Positions 9,550-21,153 of a stretch of DNA of 64,000 bases are shown in pieces. Position 1 is the stretch's first letter. Each line of letters starts with the position of its first letter. The stretch lies in contig CASEOG010000001.1 in assembly GCA_949289575.1 (NCBI GenBank), positions 105,730-169,729 on the forward strand, written 5' to 3'. The notes beneath the pieces were generated by a model that had not been told where the DNA came from, did no database searches, and saw only the letters and a program-made list of their open reading frames with translations. Source of the DNA: an uncultured Spirochaetales bacterium. GTDB taxonomy: Bacteria; Spirochaetota; Spirochaetia; JAFGXN01. The position numbers and the translations under genes are program-made.

Positions 9550-10986
9550 TTATTTTTTCTCTCCGGCTGCCCAACGCAGCAGATCCGTTCCGATGCCGTT
9601 ATTATTTCCGGCTCCCATTGTGACAAACAAATCCCCCGGACGCAAAACGGTCTTCAGGAAAGCGGCTGCTTCATCGAATTCGGCCTTGTAATAAACGGCG
9701 GGATGGTGTTTGGCGGTTTCCGTGTAAAGCGTTTCACCGGTAATATGACCTGCTGTCTCCCGTGCGGAGGCATAAATTTTATTTAAAACCACGATATCGG
9801 CGGCTGCGAATGCGCAGGCAAACTCTTCCAAAAGACGCTCGGTTCGGGAATAGGTGTGCGACATAAAATCGACAATCAGCCGTTTCGGGCGGTAAAAGGC
9901 CTTATACCCTTCCAATGTTGTCCGAATGGCGGTGGGATGATGGGCGTAATCATCCATAAACAGAATACCGCCCGCCTCCCCGATCCGCTCGGTCCGCCGC
10001 CGGCAGCCGGCAAAAGAATCCAGCCCGGCAGCCGCTTTTACCTGCATATCGTCATCGAAAGCACGGCCTTCGCGTTCGAGAAACAGGGAAATCAGCGCCA
10101 AAGCGGCCGCGGCATTCAAAATCAGATGGTGCCCCGGCAGCCGCAGCCGCCACTCCCTGTCCCCGGAAAAGCCCAGCCGGAAGCGGTTGACACCGCACGC
10201 CTCTTCGTTGCCGGAAATCCGAAACGGGCCGTCGGCTTTCAAACCGTAAGGCACGAGACGAAGCGCCGGCCGGCGGGCGGCAATCATCGCCGCCGTTTCC
10301 GCCGCCCCCGGATCGTCTGCGCAGTAAACGAGCGCACCGTCGTCGGGCAGTTTCTCCGCCAGTTCGATGAACGCCGAACGGATATCGGCATAATCTTTAA
10401 AATAGTCGGGATGATCTTCCTCGACGCTGGTTAAAATCATAAAAGCCGGATCGAAAGCCAAAAAATGGCGGCGGTATTCGCACGTTTCCGCGATGAAAAA
10501 GCGCTCTCCCCCGGTCCATGTGCAGCGATTCTTCAAATCGGCCGCTCCGGAACCGATCAGAACGGACCCGTCGAGAGCCATCGCTTTAACCAGCGAAGCA
10601 CACAACGCCGATGTCGTCGTTTTGCCGTGAACACCGGCCACCGCCGCCGACGGCTGCCGCTGCGAAAGCCGCCCCAACGCCTCCGGATAGGTGAGACACG
10701 GAATCCCCAAACGGCAGGCTTCGGCCAAATCGGCCGATGTCTGCGGTGTATAAGCCGCCGAACAGACCGCTTCGTCAAACGTATTGTCAATATGAACCCG
10801 ATCCATTCCTTCAAAAAAGGAAATGCCGAGTTCCGATAAAATGCCGTCCGTGTAAAAATGCTCGCTGCCGTCGACACCGACGACGATCGCCCCCGCTTTT
10901 TGATACAATTCGGCCAGAGCCGTCATTCCGGTACCTTTAATACCGATGAAAAAAATTTTTTTTCCTTTAAAAGAAAGCGTCCCCAT
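9550..10986 (-). CDS. murC: UDP-N-acetylmuramate--L-alanine ligase
   Basis: FIGIKGTGM, AGVHGKTTT, AETCEY, DHPDYF, DDYAHHPT, HTYSRT, MGAG. Confidence 0.96.
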   Translation of the reverse strand: MGTLSFKGKKIFFIGIKGTGMTALAELYQKAGAIVVGVDGSEHFYTDGILSELGISFFEGMDRVHIDNTFDEAVCSAAYTPQTSADLAEACRLGIPCLTYPEALGRLSQRQPSAAVAGVHGKTTTSALCASLVKAMALDGSVLIGSGAADLKNRCTWTGGERFFIAETCEYRRHFLAFDPAFMILTSVEEDHPDYFKDYADIRSAFIELAEKLPDDGALVYCADDPGAAETAAMIAARRPALRLVPYGLKADGPFRISGNEEACGVNRFRLGFSGDREWRLRLPGHHLILNAAAALALISLFLEREGRAFDDDMQVKAAAGLDSFAGCRRRTERIGEAGGILFMDDYAHHPTAIRTTLEGYKAFYRPKRLIVDFMSHTYSRTERLLEEFACAFAAADIVVLNKIYASARETAGHITGETLYTETAKHHPAVYYKAEFDEAAAFLKTVLRPGDLFVTMGAGNNNGIGTDLLRWAAGEKK

Positions 10987-11084
10987 AATTCCATTCTATC
11001 TTTTTTCGCCGCCTTTTTCAACCGCGCCGCAGAAAGAGAAAAAAGCGCTTTTCTTTCTTTCGAAATTCATGTTAAAATAACATT

Positions 11085-12298
11085 ATGGAAAGTGAACCCC
11101 GCAAATGGGTCGACGAACATCCGCGTCTGAGCAGTCTCTACGAATTTGTCAAATCGGTTGTAATCGAATTTTACAAAGACAACGGCTTTATCGCCTCTTC
11201 GAGCCTGGTCTATTCGACACTGATGTCTCTGGTGCCCTTTTTGGCCGTTCTGACAGCACTGTTCGCCGCTTTCGGCGGTATCGATATTCTGAAAGCCAAT
11301 TACGCCGACTGGTTCCGGCTTTTCGATCCGCCGATGCAGCAGAAAATCATCGGACTGATTAACGGATTTGTCAGTAATTCCCGTTCTCTCGGTGTCGTCG
11401 GTATCATTTCCTTTCTCGTCACATCTGTTTTTCTGATGAATAAAATCTGGGCTGTTTTCAACTCGATTTTCCGAAGCACCTCCCGAAGATCCCAGTTCAA
11501 ACAGTTTGCCAGTTATCTGACCAATCTGGTTCTCGGTACCATTCTCATCAGTCTTTCGATCAGTATCTCGACTCTGATGAAAACCTTTCTGCCTCACTTT
11601 TCCGATATTCAGCAGGTTCACGGACTCCTCTTCTTTCTGGTTCCGGTGCTGATTATTTTTCTGGTGCTCTTTCTTCTTCTCAAAACAATTCCCGCTACCA
11701 AAGTTTATTATTCATCGGCGGCATTCGGCGCCCTGTTCGGAACCCTCTTCTGGCAGATCATCAATGCCGTCTTTCAGAACACATCGCTTTTTCTGACCAA
11801 AAACACCACGATTTACGGTTCGTTTGCCTTCCTGTTTATTTTTCTGCTCTGGATTTACTTTCTCTGGGTCGGCATTCTGCTGTCGGTCGAGATTGCCTAT
11901 GTGCACCAGTACGGCGTTTACCGTACCCGCAGGCGGAAACTGGACTCGCCGGCCTACACGATCTCTCTGGCGGCGGCCGTGCTGCAGACCGTCTGCCGGA
12001 AATTCAAAGAGGGAAACGGCATCTGTTACTTTAACGAAATCTGTCTGCGGCTGCAGGTTCCCGATCGCGATGTTTCACGCATCGTGACTCTGTTGGAAAA
12101 CCACCGGTTTCTGATTCGCGGCGACAGTCTGAAATGGGGCTACATCCCCGGACGCATGATTGACGACATTTCTATGGAAGAGTTCATCCGCACCGTTTTC
12201 GGCGAAGCACCGGAAACCATCTCCGGGAATATCGCCGAAACACTGCTGGAAAACGGAGTGTCCGTCTTTAAAGGGAAATCAGCTCTCGATTCGCTCTT

Positions 12299-12302
<4 letters not shown>
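11085..12302 (+). CDS. YihY/virulence factor BrkB family membrane protein with C-terminal winged-HTH-like extension
   Basis: ASSLVYSTLMSLVP, FNSIF, IYGSFAFLFIFLLWIY..W..IL. Confidence 0.88.
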
Positions 12303-13939
<1,637 letters not shown>

Positions 13940-14055
13940 GGCAGACTCCTTGCGTGGAATTTTTACGATTATAGCCGAAATGAACGCTTTTTTCAAGGGA
14001 ATAGCGGATTTCGGAAAAAGAGTCGGTCTCTTTAAAGGGGGCGGCCCGGTTTCCG

Positions 14056-15501
14056 TTAATAGCGGACTTCGCGAAACAGCACCGTTCCGTCCGATTCGAA
14101 TCCGAACGAAGAAACCGTTCCGTTAAGCCACTCGTGAAGATAAAAAGAATAGGAGAGCATGTCCTCCCGAATTCCGGATTTTTTCGTCAAATCGACCGAT
14201 AAAGGCCAGCCGGAACCCCGTTTCCGGCGATACAGATCATCAATCAGCCGCGCCAAGTGAAACCCGTTTTTCCGATACGCCTCACTGCCCGGTTCATGAC
14301 CGAAAGCGGCTATCTCGTAACGTTCATCCTGTTCGATACCCCGTCCGGTAACGGCAATCATGGTTGTAAAATCGGAAAAAAGCGTATTAAATTCGACGCC
14401 GGTTGCATCGGAAACGACCGCCACTCCCGAAAATGGGGAATCATAAATGCGGCGGACAACATTGTCTCCCCACCGCTCCCGAAGATACCGGAGAAAGAGA
14501 AGAGAATAACCGTAATTGGGCAACGGGAAAGGGTGATTCTCGATCAGAGAAATGCCCTGATTCTCAAATAACGCTTCCAGATAACGACCGTGCGGCAGCG
14601 CATATCCGGCGTAATATTCGGAGAGCATGGAGAGTCCCTCGTTCAGCCAAACCGGCAGCTGCGGTTTCCCGAGCCGCGTCCGATGATCAAATAGAATCAT
14701 ATGCTGAAATTCATGGATAAACGTGGCTATCAGATCGTCCCGATGTGTTTCGAAATCGGCAAAACAGTCGGAATTGACATAAAGAATATCCGCTTCGTTG
14801 GACGGCTCGCCGCCCGTGCCGTCGGGATATTTGTCCTGTGCGTAAAAATAGCCGAAAAGACCGGGTTCCAAAGGAGTCAGCAGAAAAATCACCGCCCCGT
14901 TGCCGTCAATATCGTTTTCGTACGAAAACAGCCGGTGCATTTCCGGAACCATGCGGTCAAATTCCGCGGTAACGACCTCCAACGCGGCGCTGTCGACCGT
15001 CACCGCGGTATCGACATAAACGGCAGCGTACCGGGAAACCCGGCGGCAAACGGCGTTGACCGCATGCGCCGTTCCGGCGGCGTCCAGAACCCAAAATCCG
15101 CTGCGGACGGCCCCTACGGTTTCCGTATTCCGGGCCGTTACCGCGGAACGGCGGGCGGCCGGCAGACCCGGCTGCCGGCGGGAAAGCCGCTCTTCGGTCT
15201 CCCTCATCCGGGAATAAAACGAGTGAACCGCTGCGGTTTCCCGATTTTCCGACGCCGCCCGGACCGGCAGCGCGGCCGACGGCCGCGGCTGTGCGCCGGC
15301 CGCCGCCTCACGGCCGGGAGCAAGGGCGGCCGACAACGTAAAACGGTGACCGCTGTCGATAAAGTTCCCCGCTTCTTGCGGAACGGCGGCCGTCAGCGTG
15401 TAGAGACGGTCCGTTTCGCTCTTTTTTTCTTCACAACCGACAGCCGCCTGCAGCATCACCGCGGCAATCGCCAAAAGAATCGTTTTCCGGATGTTCATCA
15501 C
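14056..15501 (-). CDS. Zinc metallopeptidase lipoprotein, M30 (hyicolysin)-like
   Basis: Lipobox AVG-C; GYFY..D, SNEADILY, HEFQHMI, WLNEGLS. Confidence 0.8.
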   Translation of the reverse strand: MMNIRKTILLAIAAVMLQAAVGCEEKKSETDRLYTLTAAVPQEAGNFIDSGHRFTLSAALAPGREAAAGAQPRPSAALPVRAASENRETAAVHSFYSRMRETEERLSRRQPGLPAARRSAVTARNTETVGAVRSGFWVLDAAGTAHAVNAVCRRVSRYAAVYVDTAVTVDSAALEVVTAEFDRMVPEMHRLFSYENDIDGNGAVIFLLTPLEPGLFGYFYAQDKYPDGTGGEPSNEADILYVNSDCFADFETHRDDLIATFIHEFQHMILFDHRTRLGKPQLPVWLNEGLSMLSEYYAGYALPHGRYLEALFENQGISLIENHPFPLPNYGYSLLFLRYLRERWGDNVVRRIYDSPFSGVAVVSDATGVEFNTLFSDFTTMIAVTGRGIEQDERYEIAAFGHEPGSEAYRKNGFHLARLIDDLYRRKRGSGWPLSVDLTKKSGIREDMLSYSFYLHEWLNGTVSSFGFESDGTVLFREVRY

Positions 15502-15577
15502 CCCCTCCGCCCGATTGTTTTGCCTTTAAACGGAGAGATTTCTTCCCAAAGAAGACATCTCTCCCGCACAATAAGAT

Positions 15578-17002
15578 TTAACGAAAGGTAGCGATCACGC
15601 CCTGATTCACCGGGAATCCGTTCACTTTATTTTTGCTCCACGTTTCATTCCAAAGGGACTTTTTGGAAGACGGCAGTGTAACGGTAATGGACGCATTCCC
15701 CTCAGAATCAGACTCATTCTCCTTCTGGTAGCCGACCTGAAGTCCGTAATAGGTCGCCGATCCCGATGTTTCGGATGAAATTAACTCTGTCTGATTCGAT
15801 AAATCCAGTTCTCGAATATAATTAAACTCCAGATTGACTCTTTTCAATTTTTTATTTCCGCTCAAATCGACTGTTTGCAATTTTTGATAGGCGGCATTTA
15901 AAATTTCGATTTCGGAAAAAAACGCAATTCCCTGCAAATTTTGAATTTGTGTTGATTCATAGTTCCACTCCAAATTCAGTTCCGTCACCTGCTCCGCTTC
16001 CTCTTTGGAAATTTTTCCGTCGCTGTCTGTATCAAACTCCCGAAGAATTGCCCGGAACGCTTCGTCGGGAACATCGGCTGCCAAATCCAGTTCGGTCGGC
16101 TCGGCAACCGATTCGGTGACGGTCACCGTCCACGAAACGAAAACCTCACTGTTGTCGGCCGAGACGGCGGTGACGACAGCCTTACCGGCAGAGGCGGCGG
16201 TCACCGTTACGGACGTTCCGGTTGCGGCACTCAGCGTGACGGCTCCGTTATCGACGCTCCAGTTCACGGCAGGGTTTGAGGCATCCTCCGGAACGACGGC
16301 GACACTAAATGTCTGCGTTCCGCCGACGGTAAGAGAAACCGTCTGACCGACTGCCGGAGTCGGCGTCAGTCCCGTTACGGGTTTTTCTTCCGGTACCGGC
16401 GCGGTGACGGTCACCGTCCACGAAACGGCAACCTCACTGTTGTCGGCCGAGACGGCGGTGACGACAGCCTTACCGGCAGAGGCGGCGGTCACCGTTACGG
16501 ACGTTCCGGTTGTGGCACTCAGCCTGACGGCTTCGTTATCGACGCTCCAGTTCACGGCAGGGTTTGAGGCATCCTCCGGAACGACGGCGACACTAAATGT
16601 CTGCGTTTCGCCGACGGTAAGAGAAACCGACTCGTCTGCCGGAGTCGGCATCAGTCCCGTTACGGGTTTTTCTTCCGGTACCGGATCGGTGACGGTCACC
16701 TTACAGACAGCCGTCAGACTTTTATTTTCGGCAACGACCGCTTTCACTTCGGCTTCCCCGGCAGCTATTGCCGTCACTTTTCCTTCTTTCACCGTAACGA
16801 TTTTTTCATTCGAACTTTCCCAGAGGACTTTCTGAACCGCCTGCTCCGGCAAAACCGCAAACGTCAGTTCTTCCGTTTTTCCGACCTCCAAAGTCACCGA
16901 CAAAGGTCGGATCTCGATACCGGTTGCCTTCACCGGATCCGTTACCGGATCGCAGGATGCCAACATCCATACAGCAGCAATACAACTGAAGATCTTTTTC
17001 AT
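15578..17002 (-). CDS. Lipoprotein with 3 Big_2 (Ig-like) domains and a C-terminal LRR region
   Basis: MKKIFSCIAAVWMLAS-C; Big_2 pattern (W.SS...V.V..G.VTA...G.A); VPDEAFR..L..FDTDSDG cap; LDLS repeats. Confidence 0.85.
   Translation of the reverse strand: MKKIFSCIAAVWMLASCDPVTDPVKATGIEIRPLSVTLEVGKTEELTFAVLPEQAVQKVLWESSNEKIVTVKEGKVTAIAAGEAEVKAVVAENKSLTAVCKVTVTDPVPEEKPVTGLMPTPADESVSLTVGETQTFSVAVVPEDASNPAVNWSVDNEAVRLSATTGTSVTVTAASAGKAVVTAVSADNSEVAVSWTVTVTAPVPEEKPVTGLTPTPAVGQTVSLTVGGTQTFSVAVVPEDASNPAVNWSVDNGAVTLSAATGTSVTVTAASAGKAVVTAVSADNSEVFVSWTVTVTESVAEPTELDLAADVPDEAFRAILREFDTDSDGKISKEEAEQVTELNLEWNYESTQIQNLQGIAFFSEIEILNAAYQKLQTVDLSGNKKLKRVNLEFNYIRELDLSNQTELISSETSGSATYYGLQVGYQKENESDSEGNASITVTLPSSKKSLWNETWSKNKVNGFPVNQGVIATFR
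16114..16700. repeat. Near-identical tandem duplication of one Big_2 domain (period 288/285 bp)
   Basis: CGGTGACGGTCACC... restarts at 16114, 16402 and 16687; the two full copies differ by a few substitutions and a 3-nt indel. Confidence 0.95.
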
Positions 17003-17021
17003 TTTTCGCTCCTTTCCTATA

Positions 17022-19370
17022 TTATTCTCTGACAAGAGTGACGTTGTAATTGGAATCGTTCCGACTCCATTCATTATCCCACCTCTCCCATAAAGAAGAA
17101 GGCAGATAAAGAGTGACTTTTTTGAATCCCTGATATCCGCAGACCAGATTCTTCAATGCCGAATTCGAACGCAAGTCGAGCTTTTCCAAAGAATTGCCGT
17201 TACAAATCAGCGTTTCGAGTTTCGGATTCATCGAAGTATCCAGATCGGTCAAATATCCGCCGCTGCAGTCAAGCGAGAGCAAATTCGGCATCAGCTCCAG
17301 ACCGTACAGAGCCGTTGTTCCGGATGCCGGGTCAACCTCCAGTTCGGAGACGTTTGCCAGGTCGTCTTCGGTGAAGTTCTGTTTGCCGGTCGCGGCGGCA
17401 ACGGCATCGAACAGCGCTCCTGCGGGAATCAGTTCCGTACGAACCGTGACCGCGCAGGTTGCTGTCACTCCGGAAGCGTCTCCGACGGTCGCTTTCACCG
17501 TAAACATGGCCGCGCCGGCATTTGAATTGACACTCAGAAGACCGTCATTAGAAATCGTTGCCGCCCCATCGCCTCCTTCGAGACTCCATGTGACGGTTTT
17601 AACAGCGGCGTTGGGCGGTTCGACGGATGCTGTCAGACGGTAACTTTTTCCTTTATAAAGGTTCACACTCTCCCGATTCAAAACAATTTTTGTGACGGCT
17701 GCCGTTGCCGGAGAGACGGTGACAACACACGAGGCCGATGCCCCGAAGCCGTCGGCGGCGGTCACCGTTACGGTAGCGGTTCCGGCTTTTAACGCGGTTA
17801 CGGTTCCGGTTGTGGCATCCAATGAAACAATGTTTTCGGGTGAAACACTCCAAGTCAGCCGTTTGTCTGTCGCGTCGCCGGGCGTCACCGCCGCACTCAA
17901 AACGAAATCGAGGCCGACTTCGAATGTTCCCGGAGCTGCGGGGTAAACTGAATGATTCAGCGTAATCTGCGTGACGGGAGAAATCACCGTCACTTCGCAT
18001 TCATCGTAAACTCCCGGATTGGAAACCGATTCGGCGCGAACGGTTGCCGTTCCGGCTTTCAGTGCGGTCACTGTCCCATTCTCAACAGAGACAATCCCGT
18101 CGGGAACGGCTGTCCACCGGACGCTGCGGTCAGTCGCTTCTTCCGGTTCGACCGTAGCGGTCAGGGTTTCCGTTTTGCCGTCTTCGGTCAGCGTCAGCTG
18201 CAGACTGTCGCGGTTCAACCGGACGGCGGTGACAGCCTCCCGAACCGTGACGGTACAGCTGGCCGTTTTGGCAGCATCGGATCGCGAAGTAACCGTTACG
18301 GTCGCACTTCCCGGACGGAGCGCCGTCACTTCTCCCGTATCGGCATTGACGGAAACGACATCGGCCCCCTCTGTGACACTCCAAACCACTGTTTTCTCTG
18401 AGGCATTCGGGGGATTGACCGTACAGGTCAGCTGCTTTGTCTCTCCCTTGAACATCGCAACGGTTTCGCCTTCGTTAATTGCAACCGATTCGACAGCGGC
18501 ACTGCCCGCGACAATGTCGATTTTGATCTCCGCCGTGACATCGGCAGGGTAATCGGAGTTGTCGAACGGGTGCAGCGAAGCCCGCACGGTAACAGTGCCC
18601 GGTGCTTTGGCCGTGACCGTGCCGTCCGCAGCGACAGCGGCGGTTTGCGGGTCGGACGTTGCCCAGAAAACGGTGTCGTAAGTCGGCTCTCCGGAAACGG
18701 TCGCCGTCAGCGCAAGCGTCAGCCCGGCCTCCAACCCGGCGGCAGCGTCGTAACCGTCGGCCGTTATCGTCACCTTTTCCGCTGCCCGATAAACCGTCAC
18801 GGCACAACTGTCGCTGTACCCGCCTTCCGCGGTAGTCACCGTCACCTGTGCCGTACCGACAGCAACCCCTTTCACGATACCGCGGTTGGAATCTTCAAGC
18901 GTCAGGACATCTTCCTTCCCCTCTTCGACCGTAAACAAAACCGTTTTCACGGAGGCATCGGTCGGCAGAACCGCATAATTTAAACCGACTTCTTTTCCGA
19001 CCGGAACCGGAAACGTCTCGTCGATTCGGACTCCCGTAACGTCCGTTTTGCCGATAACGGTTATCAGACAGGAAGCCCGGTAATTTCCGTCGGTCGTGAC
19101 AGCTGTCACGGACGTCTCGCCGGCGGCTTTGGCCGTTACCACTCCGGAAGCGGTGACGTCGGCAACAGTCGGATTTTCCGATTCCCACCGGACAGTTTTA
19201 TCGGCTGCCGTTTCGGGCACAACAACGGCTTTCAGCGAAACCGTCTTCCCCGCCTCCAGTGTCACCGATGCAGGCGTTACCGTTATTCCGGACACTTTTG
19301 CCGAATCCTTTTCACAGCCCGCCAAAGCGAGCAGCAAAACCATTCCCCAACAGCGAATAAACATTTTCAT
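17022..19370 (-). CDS. Lipoprotein with 7 Big_2 domains and a C-terminal LRR region
   Basis: Lipobox LAG-C; seven V.P..A.DK...W/G.VTA...G.A.V/C.VTV units; LDCSGG.LT.LD LRRs; ATG at 19370 behind GGAGGAG. Confidence 0.88.
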   Translation of the reverse strand: MKMFIRCWGMVLLLALAGCEKDSAKVSGITVTPASVTLEAGKTVSLKAVVVPETAADKTVRWESENPTVADVTASGVVTAKAAGETSVTAVTTDGNYRASCLITVIGKTDVTGVRIDETFPVPVGKEVGLNYAVLPTDASVKTVLFTVEEGKEDVLTLEDSNRGIVKGVAVGTAQVTVTTAEGGYSDSCAVTVYRAAEKVTITADGYDAAAGLEAGLTLALTATVSGEPTYDTVFWATSDPQTAAVAADGTVTAKAPGTVTVRASLHPFDNSDYPADVTAEIKIDIVAGSAAVESVAINEGETVAMFKGETKQLTCTVNPPNASEKTVVWSVTEGADVVSVNADTGEVTALRPGSATVTVTSRSDAAKTASCTVTVREAVTAVRLNRDSLQLTLTEDGKTETLTATVEPEEATDRSVRWTAVPDGIVSVENGTVTALKAGTATVRAESVSNPGVYDECEVTVISPVTQITLNHSVYPAAPGTFEVGLDFVLSAAVTPGDATDKRLTWSVSPENIVSLDATTGTVTALKAGTATVTVTAADGFGASASCVVTVSPATAAVTKIVLNRESVNLYKGKSYRLTASVEPPNAAVKTVTWSLEGGDGAATISNDGLLSVNSNAGAAMFTVKATVGDASGVTATCAVTVRTELIPAGALFDAVAAATGKQNFTEDDLANVSELEVDPASGTTALYGLELMPNLLSLDCSGGYLTDLDTSMNPKLETLICNGNSLEKLDLRSNSALKNLVCGYQGFKKVTLYLPSSLWERWDNEWSRNDSNYNVTLVRE

Positions 19371-19401
19371 AAAACTCCTCCTCAATACGATTCGATGGTT
19401 T

Positions 19402-20499
19402 TCATTCTTTAATAAGGGTCACCCAGGTGTTGGCCGTTTCGGCAGGATATCCGTCCGGACCCGGCTTTCCCCACGTTTCGTCACTCTCCCATCTGTCCCA
19501 CAACGATTGGGGCAGATAAAGAGAAAGTTTCAAATTGTACATTCCTTCCGCTTCGTTGATCTGCTGTCCGCACCAGAGAAAATCGAGATTCGGACAGTTT
19601 CGGGCATCGAGCCGATCCATGTAATTATTGTAGCAGCTTAAATGAATCAGCTTCGGATTACGGGAAACATCGAGCGAGCGCAGACGATTTTGCGAACAGA
19701 CCAGATATTCCAATTCCGGCAAACCGGTCAGATCCAGCTCTTCGAGGCGGCATTCCCCGGCATCAACCGTAACAAGAGACGGGTTTGCTTCGAGACTCAA
19801 CTGTTTCAGCGTATTGCCTCCGCAGGAGACCTCCGTCAGCAGCGGATTTCCGGAAAGATCGAGCTCTCTTAAACGATTATCAAAGCAGTAAAGGCGACGC
19901 AGTTTCGAAAGCGACCGCAAATCGAGAGATTCGATTTTATTGTAGTGACACGCCAATTCTTCCAGATTGACAAAATATTCGAGACCGGTCAAATCGGCAA
20001 TCTTTTCTTCCGAAGGTGTGCTTGACAGTTTGTAGCAGTGAATCACCGTAACCGTTTCCGCCTCTTTTAATGTGATAATGCCGTCCGCATCGAGATCGAT
20101 CTGTTTCTCTCCCGTTTCCGAATTTTCGCCGAAAAGCGAAAACAGATAGGAGCGGAAAAGCGGATCGGGAATGTAAACCTCATCGGCCACCGTCACCCGG
20201 CACTGCTGCCGAAAACCGCCGTCAACGGTCTCGGCCGTCACAGTCGCCGTCCCCGGCAAAACCCCGCGAATGCGGCCGCCCGCTACGGAAACGGTTTGCG
20301 GAGCATCGCTCGTCCAGCGGATTCCCTTTTCGCCAGCCTCCCCCGGAAGAACCGACGCATTCACCGTCTGTTCCTGCCCCAGCTTCAAATTCAGTTCCGT
20401 GCGGTCGATTGTCAAGCCCGATACCGCCGCCGGTTTCCCGGGACAGGAGACAAAGATCATGGCCGCCAATAAAACGATTCCTTTAAAAAACAGTTGCAT
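19402..20499 (-). CDS. Lipoprotein with 1 Big_2 domain and internalin-like LRRs
   Basis: Lipobox FVS-C; one Big_2; IPDPLFRSYL cap; about 7 L..L.C..N.L..LDLS.N repeats. Confidence 0.9.
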   Translation of the reverse strand: MQLFFKGIVLLAAMIFVSCPGKPAAVSGLTIDRTELNLKLGQEQTVNASVLPGEAGEKGIRWTSDAPQTVSVAGGRIRGVLPGTATVTAETVDGGFRQQCRVTVADEVYIPDPLFRSYLFSLFGENSETGEKQIDLDADGIITLKEAETVTVIHCYKLSSTPSEEKIADLTGLEYFVNLEELACHYNKIESLDLRSLSKLRRLYCFDNRLRELDLSGNPLLTEVSCGGNTLKQLSLEANPSLVTVDAGECRLEELDLTGLPELEYLVCSQNRLRSLDVSRNPKLIHLSCYNNYMDRLDARNCPNLDFLWCGQQINEAEGMYNLKLSLYLPQSLWDRWESDETWGKPGPDGYPAETANTWVTLIKE

Positions 20500-20517
20500 A
20501 AAAACTCCTTCCGTTGT

Positions 20518-20543
20518 TTTTAATTAGATTAAACTAATTAAAA
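20518..20543. promoter_or_regulatory. Putative DtxR/MntR-like operator, copy 2
   Basis: Perfect 10-bp inverted arms TTTTAATTAG-attaaa-CTAATTAAAA just downstream of a minus-strand TTGACA(20569-20574)-N17-TAATAC promoter. Confidence 0.7.
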
Positions 20544-20683
20544 TAGTATTATCAAATTAATTGTTTATTGTCAACGGTTTTTTGTTTCGACCGCAATTCT
20601 TTTTCGGAGCGGAAATAGCGGAAAGCAAATTTTTTCCGGAGAATGTTGACTTTTCCGATAAAAGATGATACAAACACCCCTCG

Positions 20684-20713
20684 GAGCGTTATCGTTATGA
20701 TACGCTCTTTTTT
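20684..20713 (+). terminator. Terminator-like hairpin in the leader of the HsdS-like gene
   Basis: GAGCGT(T)ATC-gttat-GATACGCTC-T6, downstream of TTGACT(20646)-N17-TACAAA. Confidence 0.55.
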
Positions 20714-20748
20714 GTTTTCCGGAAAAATATCAAAGAGGAGGAAAAGCG

Positions 20749-21153
20749 ATGAAACAGAAAAACGGAATGTTAAAACTGAAAGATTTGGCCGACATCTCGG
20801 TTTGTCCGTGGAGTCCGAAACGGAAAAGAAGCACGGGACGTTTCCCGTATATCGGCATCAAAGGAGAAGGCGGATTTTGCGATACCGCCAACTTCGAAGC
20901 CGATTCGATTGTTATGACCCGCTTCGGCAGCGGCGGCGGGCGTGTTTTCTATTTTTCCGAACCGGGATTTGCTTCGGGCTGTTTCATTCTGAAAGGAAAA
21001 ACGGTCTCCGATACCCGCGCCCTCTACCGCTATCTCAAAGAACGGCGTTGTCCCCGGTCGACCGTCTCCCCGGGGCATTCGATTCCGCAGATTTCGCTGA
21101 AGGACGCGGAAGAGTTTGAAATCGAAATCCCGCCGGTTGACAGCGAGACGTAA
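20749..21153 (+). CDS. Stand-alone single target-recognition domain, type I RM specificity subunit (HsdS)-like
   Basis: KLKDLADI, GRFPYIG..G..G, I...R.GS.G.V, LY.YL, IPQIS..D.....I.IPP match one HsdS TRD; RBS GAGGAGG. Confidence 0.7.
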   Translation: MKQKNGMLKLKDLADISVCPWSPKRKRSTGRFPYIGIKGEGGFCDTANFEADSIVMTRFGSGGGRVFYFSEPGFASGCFILKGKTVSDTRALYRYLKERRCPRSTVSPGHSIPQISLKDAEEFEIEIPPVDSET

